From Bdellovibrionales bacterium (GTDB taxonomy: Bacteria > Bdellovibrionota > Bdellovibrionia > Bdellovibrionales > Bdellovibrionaceae), in NCBI GenBank assembly GCA_031370005.1, contig JANMPT010000028.1:195433-259432 (forward strand): a DNA stretch of 64,000 bases, in the 5' to 3' direction. The position numbers were made by a program, and so were the translations under genes. The notes beneath the pieces are model-generated. The model searched no databases, was not told where the DNA came from, and was given only the letters and a program-made list of their open reading frames with translations. Shown one piece after another: positions 20,871-30,319 of the stretch; the stretch's first letter is position 1, and every line of letters starts with the position of its first letter.

Positions 20871-21704
20871 ATGGGAATGAGAGTAACAACAAATATTGCT
20901 GCACTGAATGCTCAAAGAAACTTAATTGGAAGCCAAAGACAAATTCAAGGTTCTATGGCCCAACTTGCTTCTGGAAGCCGTATCAACAAAGCTGCTGATG
21001 ACGCCGCTGGTCTTGCGATTTCAGAAAACTTGAAAGCGCAAATCCGATCTGCAACTCAAGCACAAAGAAATGCTAACGATGGTATCTCAATGGTTCAAAC
21101 TGCAGAGGGTGGGTTGAACGAAATCGGAAACATCGTAGTCCGCCTTCGTGAGTTGGGAATCCAAGCTTCATCTGATACAGTTGGAAATACTGAGCGCGGT
21201 TTCGTGGATAAAGAGGTTCAACAATTGAAATCTGAAATCCAGCGTATCGCTTCAGTAACTACCTGGGGAACCACTAAATTGCTAGATGGCTCTTCACCTG
21301 AGTTTGATTTCCAAGTTGGTTTGTTCAACAATCAAGAGCAAGATCGTATCACCTTCCATGCTGGTGAAAACGTGGCAACTCTAGATGCTTTGGGACTTGT
21401 TGGTCTTGATTACACTTCAAAAGAAGGTGCTCAGGGCTCGTTGAAATTGCTCGATGCTGCTCAAACTTCAGTGAACGGGACACGCGCTAATCTTGGTGCC
21501 CTTCAAAATCGTTTAACTTCGACTGTTGATAACTTGGGAGTTGCTCAAGAGAACATGTCTGCTGCTAACAGCCGTATCCGTGATACAGACGTTGCACAGG
21601 CCTCTTCTGAGATGACTCGTAACAACATCTTGCTTCAAGCTGGTACTTCAACTCTAGCTCAAGCAAACCAAGTAAACCAATTGGCTCTTAAGTTAATCGG
21701 TTAA
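20871..21704 (+). CDS. fliC: Flagellin (short, 277 aa)
   Basis: LASGSRINKAADDAAGLAISE, NANDGISMVQTAEG, SRIRDTDVA. Confidence 0.98.
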   Translation: MGMRVTTNIAALNAQRNLIGSQRQIQGSMAQLASGSRINKAADDAAGLAISENLKAQIRSATQAQRNANDGISMVQTAEGGLNEIGNIVVRLRELGIQASSDTVGNTERGFVDKEVQQLKSEIQRIASVTTWGTTKLLDGSSPEFDFQVGLFNNQEQDRITFHAGENVATLDALGLVGLDYTSKEGAQGSLKLLDAAQTSVNGTRANLGALQNRLTSTVDNLGVAQENMSAANSRIRDTDVAQASSEMTRNNILLQAGTSTLAQANQVNQLALKLIG

Positions 21705-21746
21705 TATAATGCAAATGCGATAACGCGCGGTTCGAACTGCGCATAC

Positions 21747-21785
21747 AACCCTGGTAGGGAAGCTTACCAGGGTTTCTTATTTTTT
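21747..21785 (+). terminator. Rho-independent terminator after flagellin
   Basis: AACCCTGGTAGG-GAAG-CTTACCAGGGTT followed by TCTTATTTTTT. Confidence 0.8.
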
Positions 21786-21880
21786 AGGATTTCTGCCGAT
21801 GTTATCAACAGGACCCATGTCAGTTCTGAATTTTATCTTTTTTTGTAAAACTATTTTACTAATAATTTCAAATATTTAAC

Positions 21881-21908
21881 TAAAGTCTTCTCGACTTTTA
21901 TCCGAAAA
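21881..21908 (+). promoter_or_regulatory. Putative sigma28 promoter
   Basis: TAAAG-N15-TCCGAAAA, 20 nt before ATG 21929. Confidence 0.5.
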
Positions 21909-21928
21909 ATATAAGGTCAGGAGGAATC

Positions 21929-22657
21929 ATGCTACAAAAAAATATTATCAAAAACTTTGCAGTTGGATGCGCACTAATAAGCCTACTTGCTTGCGGAAGT
22001 AAGGGTGGATTTGAGTCTCAAAGTACGCTAACTGGTGGCAATAATTCTAGCTCCACAGGGAGCCCAAACCCTGGGACTCCTGACGCATACCAAATGCTCC
22101 AATATAAAGGGCTTATCTCTGGCGGAAACAATGATGGCACCCTGGTTGTTGATATAGATAAAGCCAATGGTGCAATTCTTCTTATCCTTCCACTTCAAAT
22201 AAATCCTTATATTGACAGTGTTGAGGGCGAGATTCCAGACCTTCCAGGTGTGAAATTCATGACTTATAAAGACGATAAGGGTGTTTCCTACTTTGCTGTC
22301 AGTGTTCCACTGCGCTATATTCGTAAAGGAGCAAGCTTCTTAAATCCAGCTCGCTTACCAAATGGCGATGCGCTTCCTCAAATTGCTAGTGGTGAGCTTC
22401 CGAGTCTTGCTGTTGCAATTCCGGGCAAAAAAAATGTGAAATTCAACTTTTACATCGGGGTTAACGTGGTTGGAGTCTATGTTTCCAGTCCTTATGACCC
22501 TTATATAGCGCTACACTTTCCTATTCGCAAGGGCCTAGAAACCATCGGATACTTCCATACGGTTCCTGCTAAATCAGGCTTCGATGGTGGCTTTTTCTTG
22601 AATACTCAGATGCCGGACTCAGTAGCCGCTATTATTGACGATCATTTTCGCTTCTGA
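21929..22657 (+). CDS. Hypothetical lipoprotein
   Basis: AGGAGG SD; lipobox LLAC; Gly/Ser/Asn linker then a beta-rich domain. Confidence 0.75.
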   Translation: MLQKNIIKNFAVGCALISLLACGSKGGFESQSTLTGGNNSSSTGSPNPGTPDAYQMLQYKGLISGGNNDGTLVVDIDKANGAILLILPLQINPYIDSVEGEIPDLPGVKFMTYKDDKGVSYFAVSVPLRYIRKGASFLNPARLPNGDALPQIASGELPSLAVAIPGKKNVKFNFYIGVNVVGVYVSSPYDPYIALHFPIRKGLETIGYFHTVPAKSGFDGGFFLNTQMPDSVAAIIDDHFRF

Positions 22658-22754
22658 TGACCAAGCCGTTGATCTGAAGAAATAATTAATTATTGATTGC
22701 CCCCAAAAATATCGCTAGGCTCTCACTATGTGTTTTAACTTCTAAGGGGGCCTC

Positions 22755-23282
22755 ATGGCAAAAAAAGCATCTAAGACTAAAAAAGCGAAAAAGGCAGCTC
22801 CAAAAAAAGCCGCTAAAAAGGCAACAAAAAAGGCAGCTCCAAAAAAAGCTACTAAAAAGGCAACGAAAAAGACGGTCCCGAAAAAGGCCGCTAAAAAAGT
22901 AACCAAAAAGGCCGCTCCAAAAAAAGCTACTAAAAAGGCTGCTCCGAAAAAGGCCGCTAAAAAAGTAACTAAAAAGACTGCTTCAAAAGCTAAAAAAGCT
23001 GCGCTTGCTGGGATTATTATCGGCGGCGGCATGGCTTCCGTAATTAAACCTAAAACTGGTTTAGATGATATCACGAGTGAGTTTGATGACGACGCTGAGC
23101 TGGATAGCCTGGTTGATATAGAAGAAGAGCCTATCAGTGGTGATGACGAGGGCTGGGAAGATGCAGACGAGAAGGAAGATGATTCTTTCGAAGACCTGGA
23201 AGATACAACTAACAAAAAGCCTGCTGTTGATGATGATGAAGATGATGAAGACGATAGCGACGACGAAGAGGGTTACTTCTAG
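22755..23282 (+). CDS. Histone H1-like Lys/Ala-rich protein with acidic C-terminal half
   Basis: Repeated PKKA(A/T)KK units in the first ~80 aa; D/E-rich last ~75 aa; AAGGGGG SD; TTGATT-N17-TAGGCT upstream. Confidence 0.8.
   Translation: MAKKASKTKKAKKAAPKKAAKKATKKAAPKKATKKATKKTVPKKAAKKVTKKAAPKKATKKAAPKKAAKKVTKKTASKAKKAALAGIIIGGGMASVIKPKTGLDDITSEFDDDAELDSLVDIEEEPISGDDEGWEDADEKEDDSFEDLEDTTNKKPAVDDDEDDEDDSDDEEGYF
22797..22975 (+). repeat. Degenerate coding tandem repeats of the H1-like protein
   Basis: GCTCCAAAAAAAGCTACTAAAAAGG and CCGAAAAAGGCCGCTAAAAAAGTAAC each occur twice. Confidence 0.8.
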
Positions 23283-23304
23283 TTTCAACTTGAATTAATG
23301 AATT

Positions 23305-23341
23305 AAAAAAAGGGACTGTCTTTGCAACAGTCCCTTTTTTT
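23305..23341. terminator. Bidirectional Rho-independent terminator
   Basis: AAAAAAAGGGACTGT-CTTTGCA-ACAGTCCCTTTTTTT between convergent genes. Confidence 0.85.
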
Positions 23342-23379
23342 AATTTCTAAATATTTTCCAAACTACACATCATAGAAAT

Positions 23380-24444
23380 CTACTTCATAGGCTTAGAGTG
23401 CACGGCGAACTTTTCAAACTCACCATACTCATGAAGTTTGTTATATAGGGTCTTGATCGTTATACCCAAGTTGTTAGCCGCCTGAGTCTTATTGCCGCCA
23501 AAGTGAGCCAATGCTTTCAAGATATAACGTTTCTCAAGCTCATGAAGAGTTAAGCTCGGATCATAGTCAATAATGTCATCTGCTTTTTCAGGATTACGAA
23601 TGTTCTCTGGAAGGTCATTCATCATGATCGTGTGACCTTCGGAGAGAATTTGCAATCTTTCGCAGACATTTTGAAGCTCTCGAATATTACCCGGCCAGTC
23701 ATACTTTTGAAGCACCTTCAAAGCATCTTCAGAAATTTGACGACCACGGTCCAAATAAGAATGACTCCCATTGCCCAAGAAGTGAGTCACAAGGGCTGAT
23801 ATATCCTCACGACGACGGCGAAGAGGCGGAGCACTGACAACGATCGTGTTGATACGGTAGAAAAGATCCTCGCGAAAATTTCCGCGCTGAACCTCAGCAT
23901 CCAACTCACGATTAGTTGCCGAGATTAAACGGATATCTACTTTAATCGGATCCTTACCGCCTACTCGATACAACTCGCCTTCTTGGATGAAACGAAGTAG
24001 TTTTGCCTGAATACCTGGGCTCAACTCACCGATTTCATCGAGGAATAGAGTCCCGCCATTGGCAGTTTCTGCCAAACCGATTTTTTTATTATAGGCACCA
24101 GTGAAGGAACCCTTCTCATGCCCGAAGAGCTCGCTCTCAAGCAAGGTTTCGCGAAGTGCACCACAGTTAATAGCCACAAAGGGTTTATTGCGACGATTTG
24201 ATTTTTCATGAATATAACGAGCTACCAATTCCTTACCAGTCCCTGACTCGCCTAAAACCAGAATATTCGCACTAGATGGGGCCACTCGGTCGATCATTTT
24301 CATGAGCGTACCCATAATTTCTGATTGATAGACAATTGTCTTACTTTCACTCGATTTTTGGACCTGGGCATTCCAAAGAGCTTGCTGGTTGTTTTGAGAA
24401 GAGGGTAAAACTGTAGTAGAGGAAGAAGAGCTGTTATTTTCCAT
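23380..24444 (-). CDS. Sigma54-dependent enhancer-binding protein with no N-terminal sensor domain (start moved to MENNSS)
   Basis: GESGTGKE, ESELFGHEKGSFTGA, LFLDEIGE, WPGNIREL, Fis-type HTH; ~35-aa low-complexity N-terminus. Confidence 0.9.
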   Translation of the reverse strand: MENNSSSSSTTVLPSSQNNQQALWNAQVQKSSESKTIVYQSEIMGTLMKMIDRVAPSSANILVLGESGTGKELVARYIHEKSNRRNKPFVAINCGALRETLLESELFGHEKGSFTGAYNKKIGLAETANGGTLFLDEIGELSPGIQAKLLRFIQEGELYRVGGKDPIKVDIRLISATNRELDAEVQRGNFREDLFYRINTIVVSAPPLRRRREDISALVTHFLGNGSHSYLDRGRQISEDALKVLQKYDWPGNIRELQNVCERLQILSEGHTIMMNDLPENIRNPEKADDIIDYDPSLTLHELEKRYILKALAHFGGNKTQAANNLGITIKTLYNKLHEYGEFEKFAVHSKPMK

Positions 24445-24497
24445 TACGTGCCGCCTTTTTTGAAATATAATTTTGATACGTTGCGTTAACACGATGC

Positions 24498-24539
24498 AAT
24501 ATACGAGCGGCTTGTAAATAATGCAAGTAATTTTTTGCA
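24498..24539 (-). promoter_or_regulatory. Putative sigma70 promoter with overlapping inverted repeat
   Basis: Minus strand TTGCAT-N17-TATATT; TGCAA-N8-TTGCA (24522-24539) covers the -35. Confidence 0.5.
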
Positions 24540-24592
24540 CGGCATTATATTTTTTCTAGACCCCGTGTATTCCAAAGAAAGGGAGCTCCACC

Positions 24593-25498
24593 ATGGCTTT
24601 ACGCACTCTAAGGCTCCAGTCTTCAATATCTAAGTATTTGAAATATATGGAATTTGTAAAATCTTCATCCCTGCTAACTATAAGGGCATACAAAAAGGAT
24701 CTAGAGCAAGCCTTTGGCGAAGAGTGCTCTAAACTTGATTCAAAAAGCCTCACCGAACTAGAGCTCCTGACTCTTGTTCGGGAGGCTCAAAATGGCTGGG
24801 CTCAGCTAGGCCTTTCTTCTAGAAATCGTAAAAGCGCCACTCTAAAGAGTTTTTTTGCCTGGGCCTACCAGGAGCAGCTAACCGAAAGAGACCTTTCTCT
24901 TCTGATCACCTGCCCGAAAGTCCCTAAGAAATTGCCGCATTTTCTAAGTGTGGATGAGGCCCTTGCCGTTTTGCAATCCTACGATAAAAAAGACATCTCA
25001 CTTCAGAATCTAAATGATATGGCCCTTTTCCTGATCTTATATGGAGCTGGTCTGCGAGTGAGTGAGGCATGTAATCTAAAATGGGCCGATGTGCACTTTT
25101 CTTCCCGCAGCCTACGACTGATGGGCAAGGGGCGAAAAGAGCGTCTTGTGATTTTGCCAAACCTTGCAATGAAGGCCCTACAAAGACTGCATAAAATCTC
25201 TTCTAATAATTTCGTTTTTGGTACAAAAGCCCTGAATCCCCGTGTTGCCTATCAATGGGTCAGGAGCCGCGGAGCCAAAGCACAATTAATGAAGCCCCTG
25301 CATCCACACGCCCTTAGACACAGCTTTGCCACCCACCTCCTGAGTAGCGGAGCTAATCTCAGAACCCTGCAAGAGCTGCTTGGACATCAGAGTCTTCAAG
25401 CTACAGAAAAATACACGCACTTAGGAGTCGACCAACTGGCGCGAACTCTTGAGGCGCACCATCCATTAAGTACAATTCCCTCTAGAAAAAAAACTTAG
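24593..25498 (+). CDS. xerC: Tyrosine recombinase, XerC/XerD family
   Basis: LYGAGLRVSE (R), GKGRKER (K), HPHALRHSFATHLL (HxxR), LLGHQSLQATEKYTH (H, Y). Confidence 0.8.
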   Translation: MALRTLRLQSSISKYLKYMEFVKSSSLLTIRAYKKDLEQAFGEECSKLDSKSLTELELLTLVREAQNGWAQLGLSSRNRKSATLKSFFAWAYQEQLTERDLSLLITCPKVPKKLPHFLSVDEALAVLQSYDKKDISLQNLNDMALFLILYGAGLRVSEACNLKWADVHFSSRSLRLMGKGRKERLVILPNLAMKALQRLHKISSNNFVFGTKALNPRVAYQWVRSRGAKAQLMKPLHPHALRHSFATHLLSSGANLRTLQELLGHQSLQATEKYTHLGVDQLARTLEAHHPLSTIPSRKKT

Positions 25499-26103
25499 TG
25501 ATGTTCTGCAGTCTGCAAATATTGTCGAGTCACGGATTCCACCGTCATGAGTTGAAGACTTATTTCTTTCTTAAGTGCCTGATCATGCCCCTGGGAGTTG
25601 CTCTCTATAATATTCGACTTCAATAAGGGCCCCATCCAAGGCTCAGGATTTAAAACTCCTTGTTGCATCAGGAACTTTAGATAAAAGTGCATTTTTAAGA
25701 GCGACACATCCTGACAGGACTCCACTGCTGTAAGAGTGTTTCCTAAAAGATTAAAAAGTGCTTCCGAGCTGCGATCTCCCTCTTGGCTCACCCGAGAGAC
25801 ACAGTCCAAAACATGAAGAGCAAGTTCGAGGTGATCATAGTCTTGACGAATTTTTTTGAAGTCCTTCAGTAGAGTCGCTTCATTTAGCGTATTCATTCTT
25901 CCCACAGCCTCTGCCTGTTTATACGTGAACTGCACAAAGTGAGAAGGTTCTAGAACTCCTCCGCCAAAGCGCTTTTTACTTCTAAGGGCTCCTCGCGCCA
26001 AAAAAGAAAGCTTTTCGCCCAAAGGAGACAAAGCATGCAAAATCAAATCTGTTTCAGAATACTTCATCTTGCGGAGAATAATAAAACGCTCTTTAACTTC
26101 CAC
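25495..26103 (-). CDS. recO: DNA repair protein RecO
   Basis: YSETDLIL, ARGALRSKKRFGGGVLEP, FYLKFL; no C-terminal zinc finger. Confidence 0.85.
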   Translation of the reverse strand: MEVKERFIILRKMKYSETDLILHALSPLGEKLSFLARGALRSKKRFGGGVLEPSHFVQFTYKQAEAVGRMNTLNEATLLKDFKKIRQDYDHLELALHVLDCVSRVSQEGDRSSEALFNLLGNTLTAVESCQDVSLLKMHFYLKFLMQQGVLNPEPWMGPLLKSNIIESNSQGHDQALKKEISLQLMTVESVTRQYLQTAEHH

Positions 26104-26132
26104 TTCGTGCCCACCAAAAAAGATCCGAAAAA

Positions 26133-27107
26133 TTACCAGCTTTGTTCAGCTTTAATCTCTTCATAGGTCGTTTTTACGAGCTTGGCAAAATCTTTCGAGG
26201 CAAGCCAGTCAGAATCGATTATGAGCAGAGACTCCAAGTCCTCGGTGCTTGGTTTTGGCTCCCACCAGCCGCTAAAAGTCTTGAAGTGATGCCATCGACA
26301 CAGATTCGTGGTGTCCATAGTTTTGTAATACTTTGAAGGGTCCACTTGTAGATGATCAAAAAGTCTTTGCAAAAGAGCCTCTCCATTGACCTCTGGAAAT
26401 CTCAAAAGTGCACGTTCAAAAAGCCGTGGTGTTGGCTTAGTAAACCAAGGCTTTGCAATTTCGGAAAAAGATTGCTCGAAGGACTCTACTGAGTTTTGAT
26501 TTTGTGGGCTAAAATGAATTTTATGAATCGCATCTAAACACTCAGATGAACTCCAGCTCATCTGCGGGGCCATTAACGGCGAAGTTTTATAGCGCTCACC
26601 ACAAAAAGCCACAGTAAAGTCATTATTAAGATAACACATGCGTACTGAGTAAGGACGCAATGACACTTTCTCGTAGAAATGACGAAAATGTGAAATGCGG
26701 AAAGAGTAAATCTTTTTCTCATTTAATAGTTCATCCAGATGGTCATAGCTATAGAGCTCGCCCGTAACAGGATGATCTTCTGAAAAAAGGACAAAGACAG
26801 TGTCTTTTTTCAGACCATTTACCCAGGCTTCAGGATCGCTTAAAGCCAGATGACTAATGGACTGAACAGCAAAAACTTCTTTGTAAAAATATGGGAGCAA
26901 AGAATCGAAATATGGAGTCTGCCCTTTTACAACACCTAAACTTCGTTTGTGCGAAAGAAACTGTGCTGTGCCTTGAGCTATTTCAAAAACAGCGTGGGCC
27001 ATCCCTTTATATATCTTGGCGGTATTTTCTGCTGGTAAAGAAAATTGAATCTTCAACTGATCATTCAATTTTTCCCATTCTTCTAATTGGACGAGAGCCA
27101 ACTTCAT
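26133..27107 (-). CDS. Hypothetical protein, possibly a degenerate class V PLP (desulfurase-like) fold; start moved to MKLALV
   Basis: TVFVLFSEDHPVTGELY resembles the class V NNETG region; no clear PLP lysine motif; TAGACA-N17-TACCCT-N6-ATG supports start 27107. Confidence 0.5.
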   Translation of the reverse strand: MKLALVQLEEWEKLNDQLKIQFSLPAENTAKIYKGMAHAVFEIAQGTAQFLSHKRSLGVVKGQTPYFDSLLPYFYKEVFAVQSISHLALSDPEAWVNGLKKDTVFVLFSEDHPVTGELYSYDHLDELLNEKKIYSFRISHFRHFYEKVSLRPYSVRMCYLNNDFTVAFCGERYKTSPLMAPQMSWSSSECLDAIHKIHFSPQNQNSVESFEQSFSEIAKPWFTKPTPRLFERALLRFPEVNGEALLQRLFDHLQVDPSKYYKTMDTTNLCRWHHFKTFSGWWEPKPSTEDLESLLIIDSDWLASKDFAKLVKTTYEEIKAEQSW

Positions 27108-27234
27108 AAGCAAAGGGTAGAGCACGGGAAGTCCCTTGTCTAGAGACCAAGGTCCGAATTAGATTTTGCAGTAGACCCCTAATATAAGACTGCGCTAAAA
27201 TGTAAATTCTGAATTTATCAGGAGGATAAACCGT

Positions 27235-27849
27235 ATGAAACGACTATTTCTTTGTGCATTTACACTTATTACGGGCTCAATGATTTCAATCCCAGCCCAT
27301 GCCCTTTTCGAGGCCCGATTGACTTATGGCCTGCTCGCTTCAAAACCTGATATGGCTGCCTTGTTCCCAGGCCAAACAAGTGCACCAACAATAACTCCAA
27401 CTTACGGACTAGGCGCAGATGTCATTGTCACTCCACCTTTGTTTCCAATCGGCTTTGGTTTGCGTTATGAAAATATGGGCATAAGCGCTAGCAGCAGTGG
27501 TCTTGAGTTCAAAGCGAACTATACGCGTTCAGCTTTGCTTTTAAATTACCGTATTATTGATACTCTGTTATTTTTTGGTCCAATTTTCAGCTATGGAATC
27601 TCTCATTCTGGAAATATCAAAGCCGTCACGAATGGAACAGAAACTGCAAACTTTAGCTCAGACAAAATTTCATCTTATAGCGCAGGCCTTGAGGTCGGAG
27701 CTAAGCTCATTGGTTTTCATCTTGGCGCAGAAGCAGGATATCAAGATTTCCACTGGAAAGATGCTCATGATAGCACTGGCAATCTTGCGAACCAGGATCT
27801 TAACATGTCTGGCGCATACATGAAGGTTCTTCTGGGTTTCGGAATCTAA
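27235..27849 (+). CDS. Outer-membrane beta-barrel protein
   Basis: AGGAGG SD; signal peptide ending AHA; amphipathic strands; C-terminal YMKVLLGFGI. Confidence 0.7.
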   Translation: MKRLFLCAFTLITGSMISIPAHALFEARLTYGLLASKPDMAALFPGQTSAPTITPTYGLGADVIVTPPLFPIGFGLRYENMGISASSSGLEFKANYTRSALLLNYRIIDTLLFFGPIFSYGISHSGNIKAVTNGTETANFSSDKISSYSAGLEVGAKLIGFHLGAEAGYQDFHWKDAHDSTGNLANQDLNMSGAYMKVLLGFGI

Positions 27850-27887
27850 TCTGCATCTAGGTCCTAGAGCAAAAACTTAAAACAAAC

Positions 27888-27914
27888 AAAAAAGCTGAGA
27901 AATTCGGCTTTTTT
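27888..27914 (+). terminator. Rho-independent terminator
   Basis: AAAAAAGCTGA-GAAAT-TCGGCTTTTTT. Confidence 0.65.
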
Positions 27915-28007
27915 AGTTTTTATTCACTTAACTGTCAAAATTGTATTTCCAATGGAAAAAAAACTAACTTAAGTGCACACTAAGGACTAGTTGGAGGAAT
28001 AATTATA

Positions 28008-29138
28008 ATGCAAAAGAAATCACTTAAACACAAGTTTAAGCTGTGGCTCTCACAGTTCGATATAAGTGTTTCATTATTTATGATTTTAAATCCTCTTATC
28101 TCAACCCTTTTAATTATTGTTTACGCCTTAAATACAACTGAAGTCCCTTGGGGAATTCTAGCCTTCACTCTGATCTTTGCAGCAGCCACAAATCTCAGCA
28201 TCACTGCGGGATACCATCGTCTATTTTCGCATAGAAGTTATGATGCACATCCTGTCATGAAGGCTTTGTTTCTCTTAATAGGCTCCTCGGGGTTCCAAGG
28301 CTCAGCCCTCAAGTGGTCTTCTGATCACCGCCGCCATCACTCTAAAATCGACAGCGAGAACGACCCCTACAATATTCAGGAGGGTTTTTGGTACGCCCAT
28401 ATGGGCTGGATGTTCCGCAAAGACAGTATGAATCTTGCAATTCAAGCCCCAGATCTTGAAAAGGACAAAATGGTTTATCTTCAAAATAAATATTATGTCT
28501 GGATTGCCATTGCCACAGGCTTCCTGTTGCCAACACTTGTTGGTTATTTCTTCGGCAGCGCGCTTGCTGGCCTTGCAATTGCTGGTGGGCTTCGCATAGC
28601 TTTGACTCAACAAAGCACCTTTTTCGTAAACTCACTTTGCCATATGTTTGGCGAACAAACCTACTCCAAAGAGATCTCTGCTCGTGATAGTTTTTTTGTA
28701 GCTATTTTAACCCATGGCGAAGGCTATCATAATTTCCATCACAAATTTCAAATCGATTATCGCAATGGAATTCGCTGGTACCATTGGGATCCAACTAAGT
28801 GGACCATTATTACTCTAAAATGGATGGGCCTTGCCTCGAAGCTTCGGCAAATCTCCAGTGCTGAAATTCTAAAGGCACGTTTACAAGTGGAAAGCTTAAA
28901 AATGAAAAGCCGCGGATTCTCTGACGAACATTTAGAGAGTCTTCGCGAGAAAATCATTTCCGCACAAATGAAAATAAAAAAACTTGGTGAAGACTATGAG
29001 CGTATGAAAAGTGAGCTTCAAGACGCGTCCAAAACTAAGTTGGCCCAAATCAAAACTGAAATGCAAGTTGCTAAGCTTGAATTTGAAATGGGCATGAAGC
29101 TTTGGCGGATTTACATGAAAACGGTAACTATTGGATAG
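28008..29138 (+). CDS. Delta-9 acyl-CoA/acyl-lipid desaturase with C-terminal coiled coil
   Basis: His boxes GYHRLFSH, DHRRHH, GEGYHNFHH; WDPTKW. Confidence 0.93.
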   Translation: MQKKSLKHKFKLWLSQFDISVSLFMILNPLISTLLIIVYALNTTEVPWGILAFTLIFAAATNLSITAGYHRLFSHRSYDAHPVMKALFLLIGSSGFQGSALKWSSDHRRHHSKIDSENDPYNIQEGFWYAHMGWMFRKDSMNLAIQAPDLEKDKMVYLQNKYYVWIAIATGFLLPTLVGYFFGSALAGLAIAGGLRIALTQQSTFFVNSLCHMFGEQTYSKEISARDSFFVAILTHGEGYHNFHHKFQIDYRNGIRWYHWDPTKWTIITLKWMGLASKLRQISSAEILKARLQVESLKMKSRGFSDEHLESLREKIISAQMKIKKLGEDYERMKSELQDASKTKLAQIKTEMQVAKLEFEMGMKLWRIYMKTVTIG

Positions 29139-29141
29139 CTG

Positions 29142-29633
29142 CTACAAAGCACCTTCCGCCTTTAAAAGACCAATTTTTGTCTCAGCGCCGCCCCGATATT
29201 TAAAGACATTCCCATTTCTACCTACTACGCGATGGCAAGGAATCCAAACTGCAATTGGGTTTTGACCTATTGCAGTTCCTACTGCACGCACTGCCTTGGG
29301 CTTTTTAATTTTCTGAGCCACTTGAGAATAAGTCACCGTGAAGCCTTTAGGAATTTTAATCAGCGCAAGCCACACTTTTACTTGAAATTCAGATCCTTGA
29401 AGCTTGAGCTTGTGCTTTTTCGTCCAGAAATTTCCCTTAGTCCATCTCGCTGGCTGAAATTTACCAATATTAAAATGATAATTCTTCTGAAGGAACTCTG
29501 AGAAATCCTTTTCTATAAACTTTTTTCCAGGATTGTAACTGCCGAGAAAAATCATTTCATTTCCCTCAAAAACGGCCAACCAATCCCCCACTTCAGAAGG
29601 AACTTTATAAAGAAAAAATTCAAAATCGCTCAT
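29142..29633 (-). CDS. ogt: Methylated-DNA-protein-cysteine methyltransferase
   Basis: FQVKVW, AVRAVGTAIGQNP, active site PCHRV. Confidence 0.9.
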   Translation of the reverse strand: MSDFEFFLYKVPSEVGDWLAVFEGNEMIFLGSYNPGKKFIEKDFSEFLQKNYHFNIGKFQPARWTKGNFWTKKHKLKLQGSEFQVKVWLALIKIPKGFTVTYSQVAQKIKKPKAVRAVGTAIGQNPIAVWIPCHRVVGRNGNVFKYRGGAETKIGLLKAEGAL

Positions 29634-29761
29634 GGCTACCCCTTAAAGATCTTGGGGTTACTGCTTGAGTAGCAAAAAGGCAAGCAAGATTCTTTGGATT
29701 AAAAACTCTATAGGGCTAAGTTTTCTGTTTGATCTGAACAAAGTCATGTCATACTTTTTGT

Positions 29762-30316
29762 ATGGCAACTATCATCACTCACGGAATTGTCGGCTATACA
29801 ATTGCACGCATTTGTGTGCGTAAACCAGCAAGCCAACTGTATTGGGCTCTGGCATTTCTGGCGCCGATGCTCCCAGATCTAGATGTATTAGGGCAAAAAT
29901 ATTATGGTATTCCCTATCAGAATTGCTTCGGACATCGAGGGGTCTTTCACTCGATCTTTGTAGCCCTCATCGTAGCCACCATCCTGTTTTCGATTCTGAA
30001 AGTATTCAATTACGCACAAAACTTTAAGCTGAATAGAGATTACTTCTGGGGTCTCTTTTTAGGGGTTAGCTCCCATGGAATAATTGATGCCTTAACCAAT
30101 GGAGGGCTTGGGGTTGCGGTATTCTGGCCCCTTAACTGCAATCGTTACTTCTTCCCAATCCGCCCCTTAGAGGTTTCGCCATTAAACCTTGATCGCTTTT
30201 TAAGGCAAGGGCTCTTTATCATGAAAAATGAGTTCTACTATGTGTGGGTCCCATGTATTGCGATTTTATTATTGGATTATTTTTTCCGTCGCACTTCTAG
30301 ACATGATCAAGCCTAG
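29762..30316 (+). CDS. Membrane metal-dependent hydrolase, YdjM/YbcI family
   Basis: ITHG, MLPDLD, FGHRGVFHS, SHGIIDALTNGGLGV. Confidence 0.85.
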   Translation: MATIITHGIVGYTIARICVRKPASQLYWALAFLAPMLPDLDVLGQKYYGIPYQNCFGHRGVFHSIFVALIVATILFSILKVFNYAQNFKLNRDYFWGLFLGVSSHGIIDALTNGGLGVAVFWPLNCNRYFFPIRPLEVSPLNLDRFLRQGLFIMKNEFYYVWVPCIAILLLDYFFRRTSRHDQA

Positions 30317-30319
30317 CTT

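Noticed and set aside
22693..23288. Repeats as a CRISPR array; alternative ORFs 22693..22902, 22742..23215, 23061..23288
   Set aside because: Repeats are in-frame and degenerate with no spacers or cas genes; the other ORFs are by-products of low complexity.
24593..25498. Recombinase as a prophage or island integrase; nearby dif site
   Set aside because: Size and motifs fit housekeeping Xer; no phage genes, att repeats or dif-like 28-mer seen.
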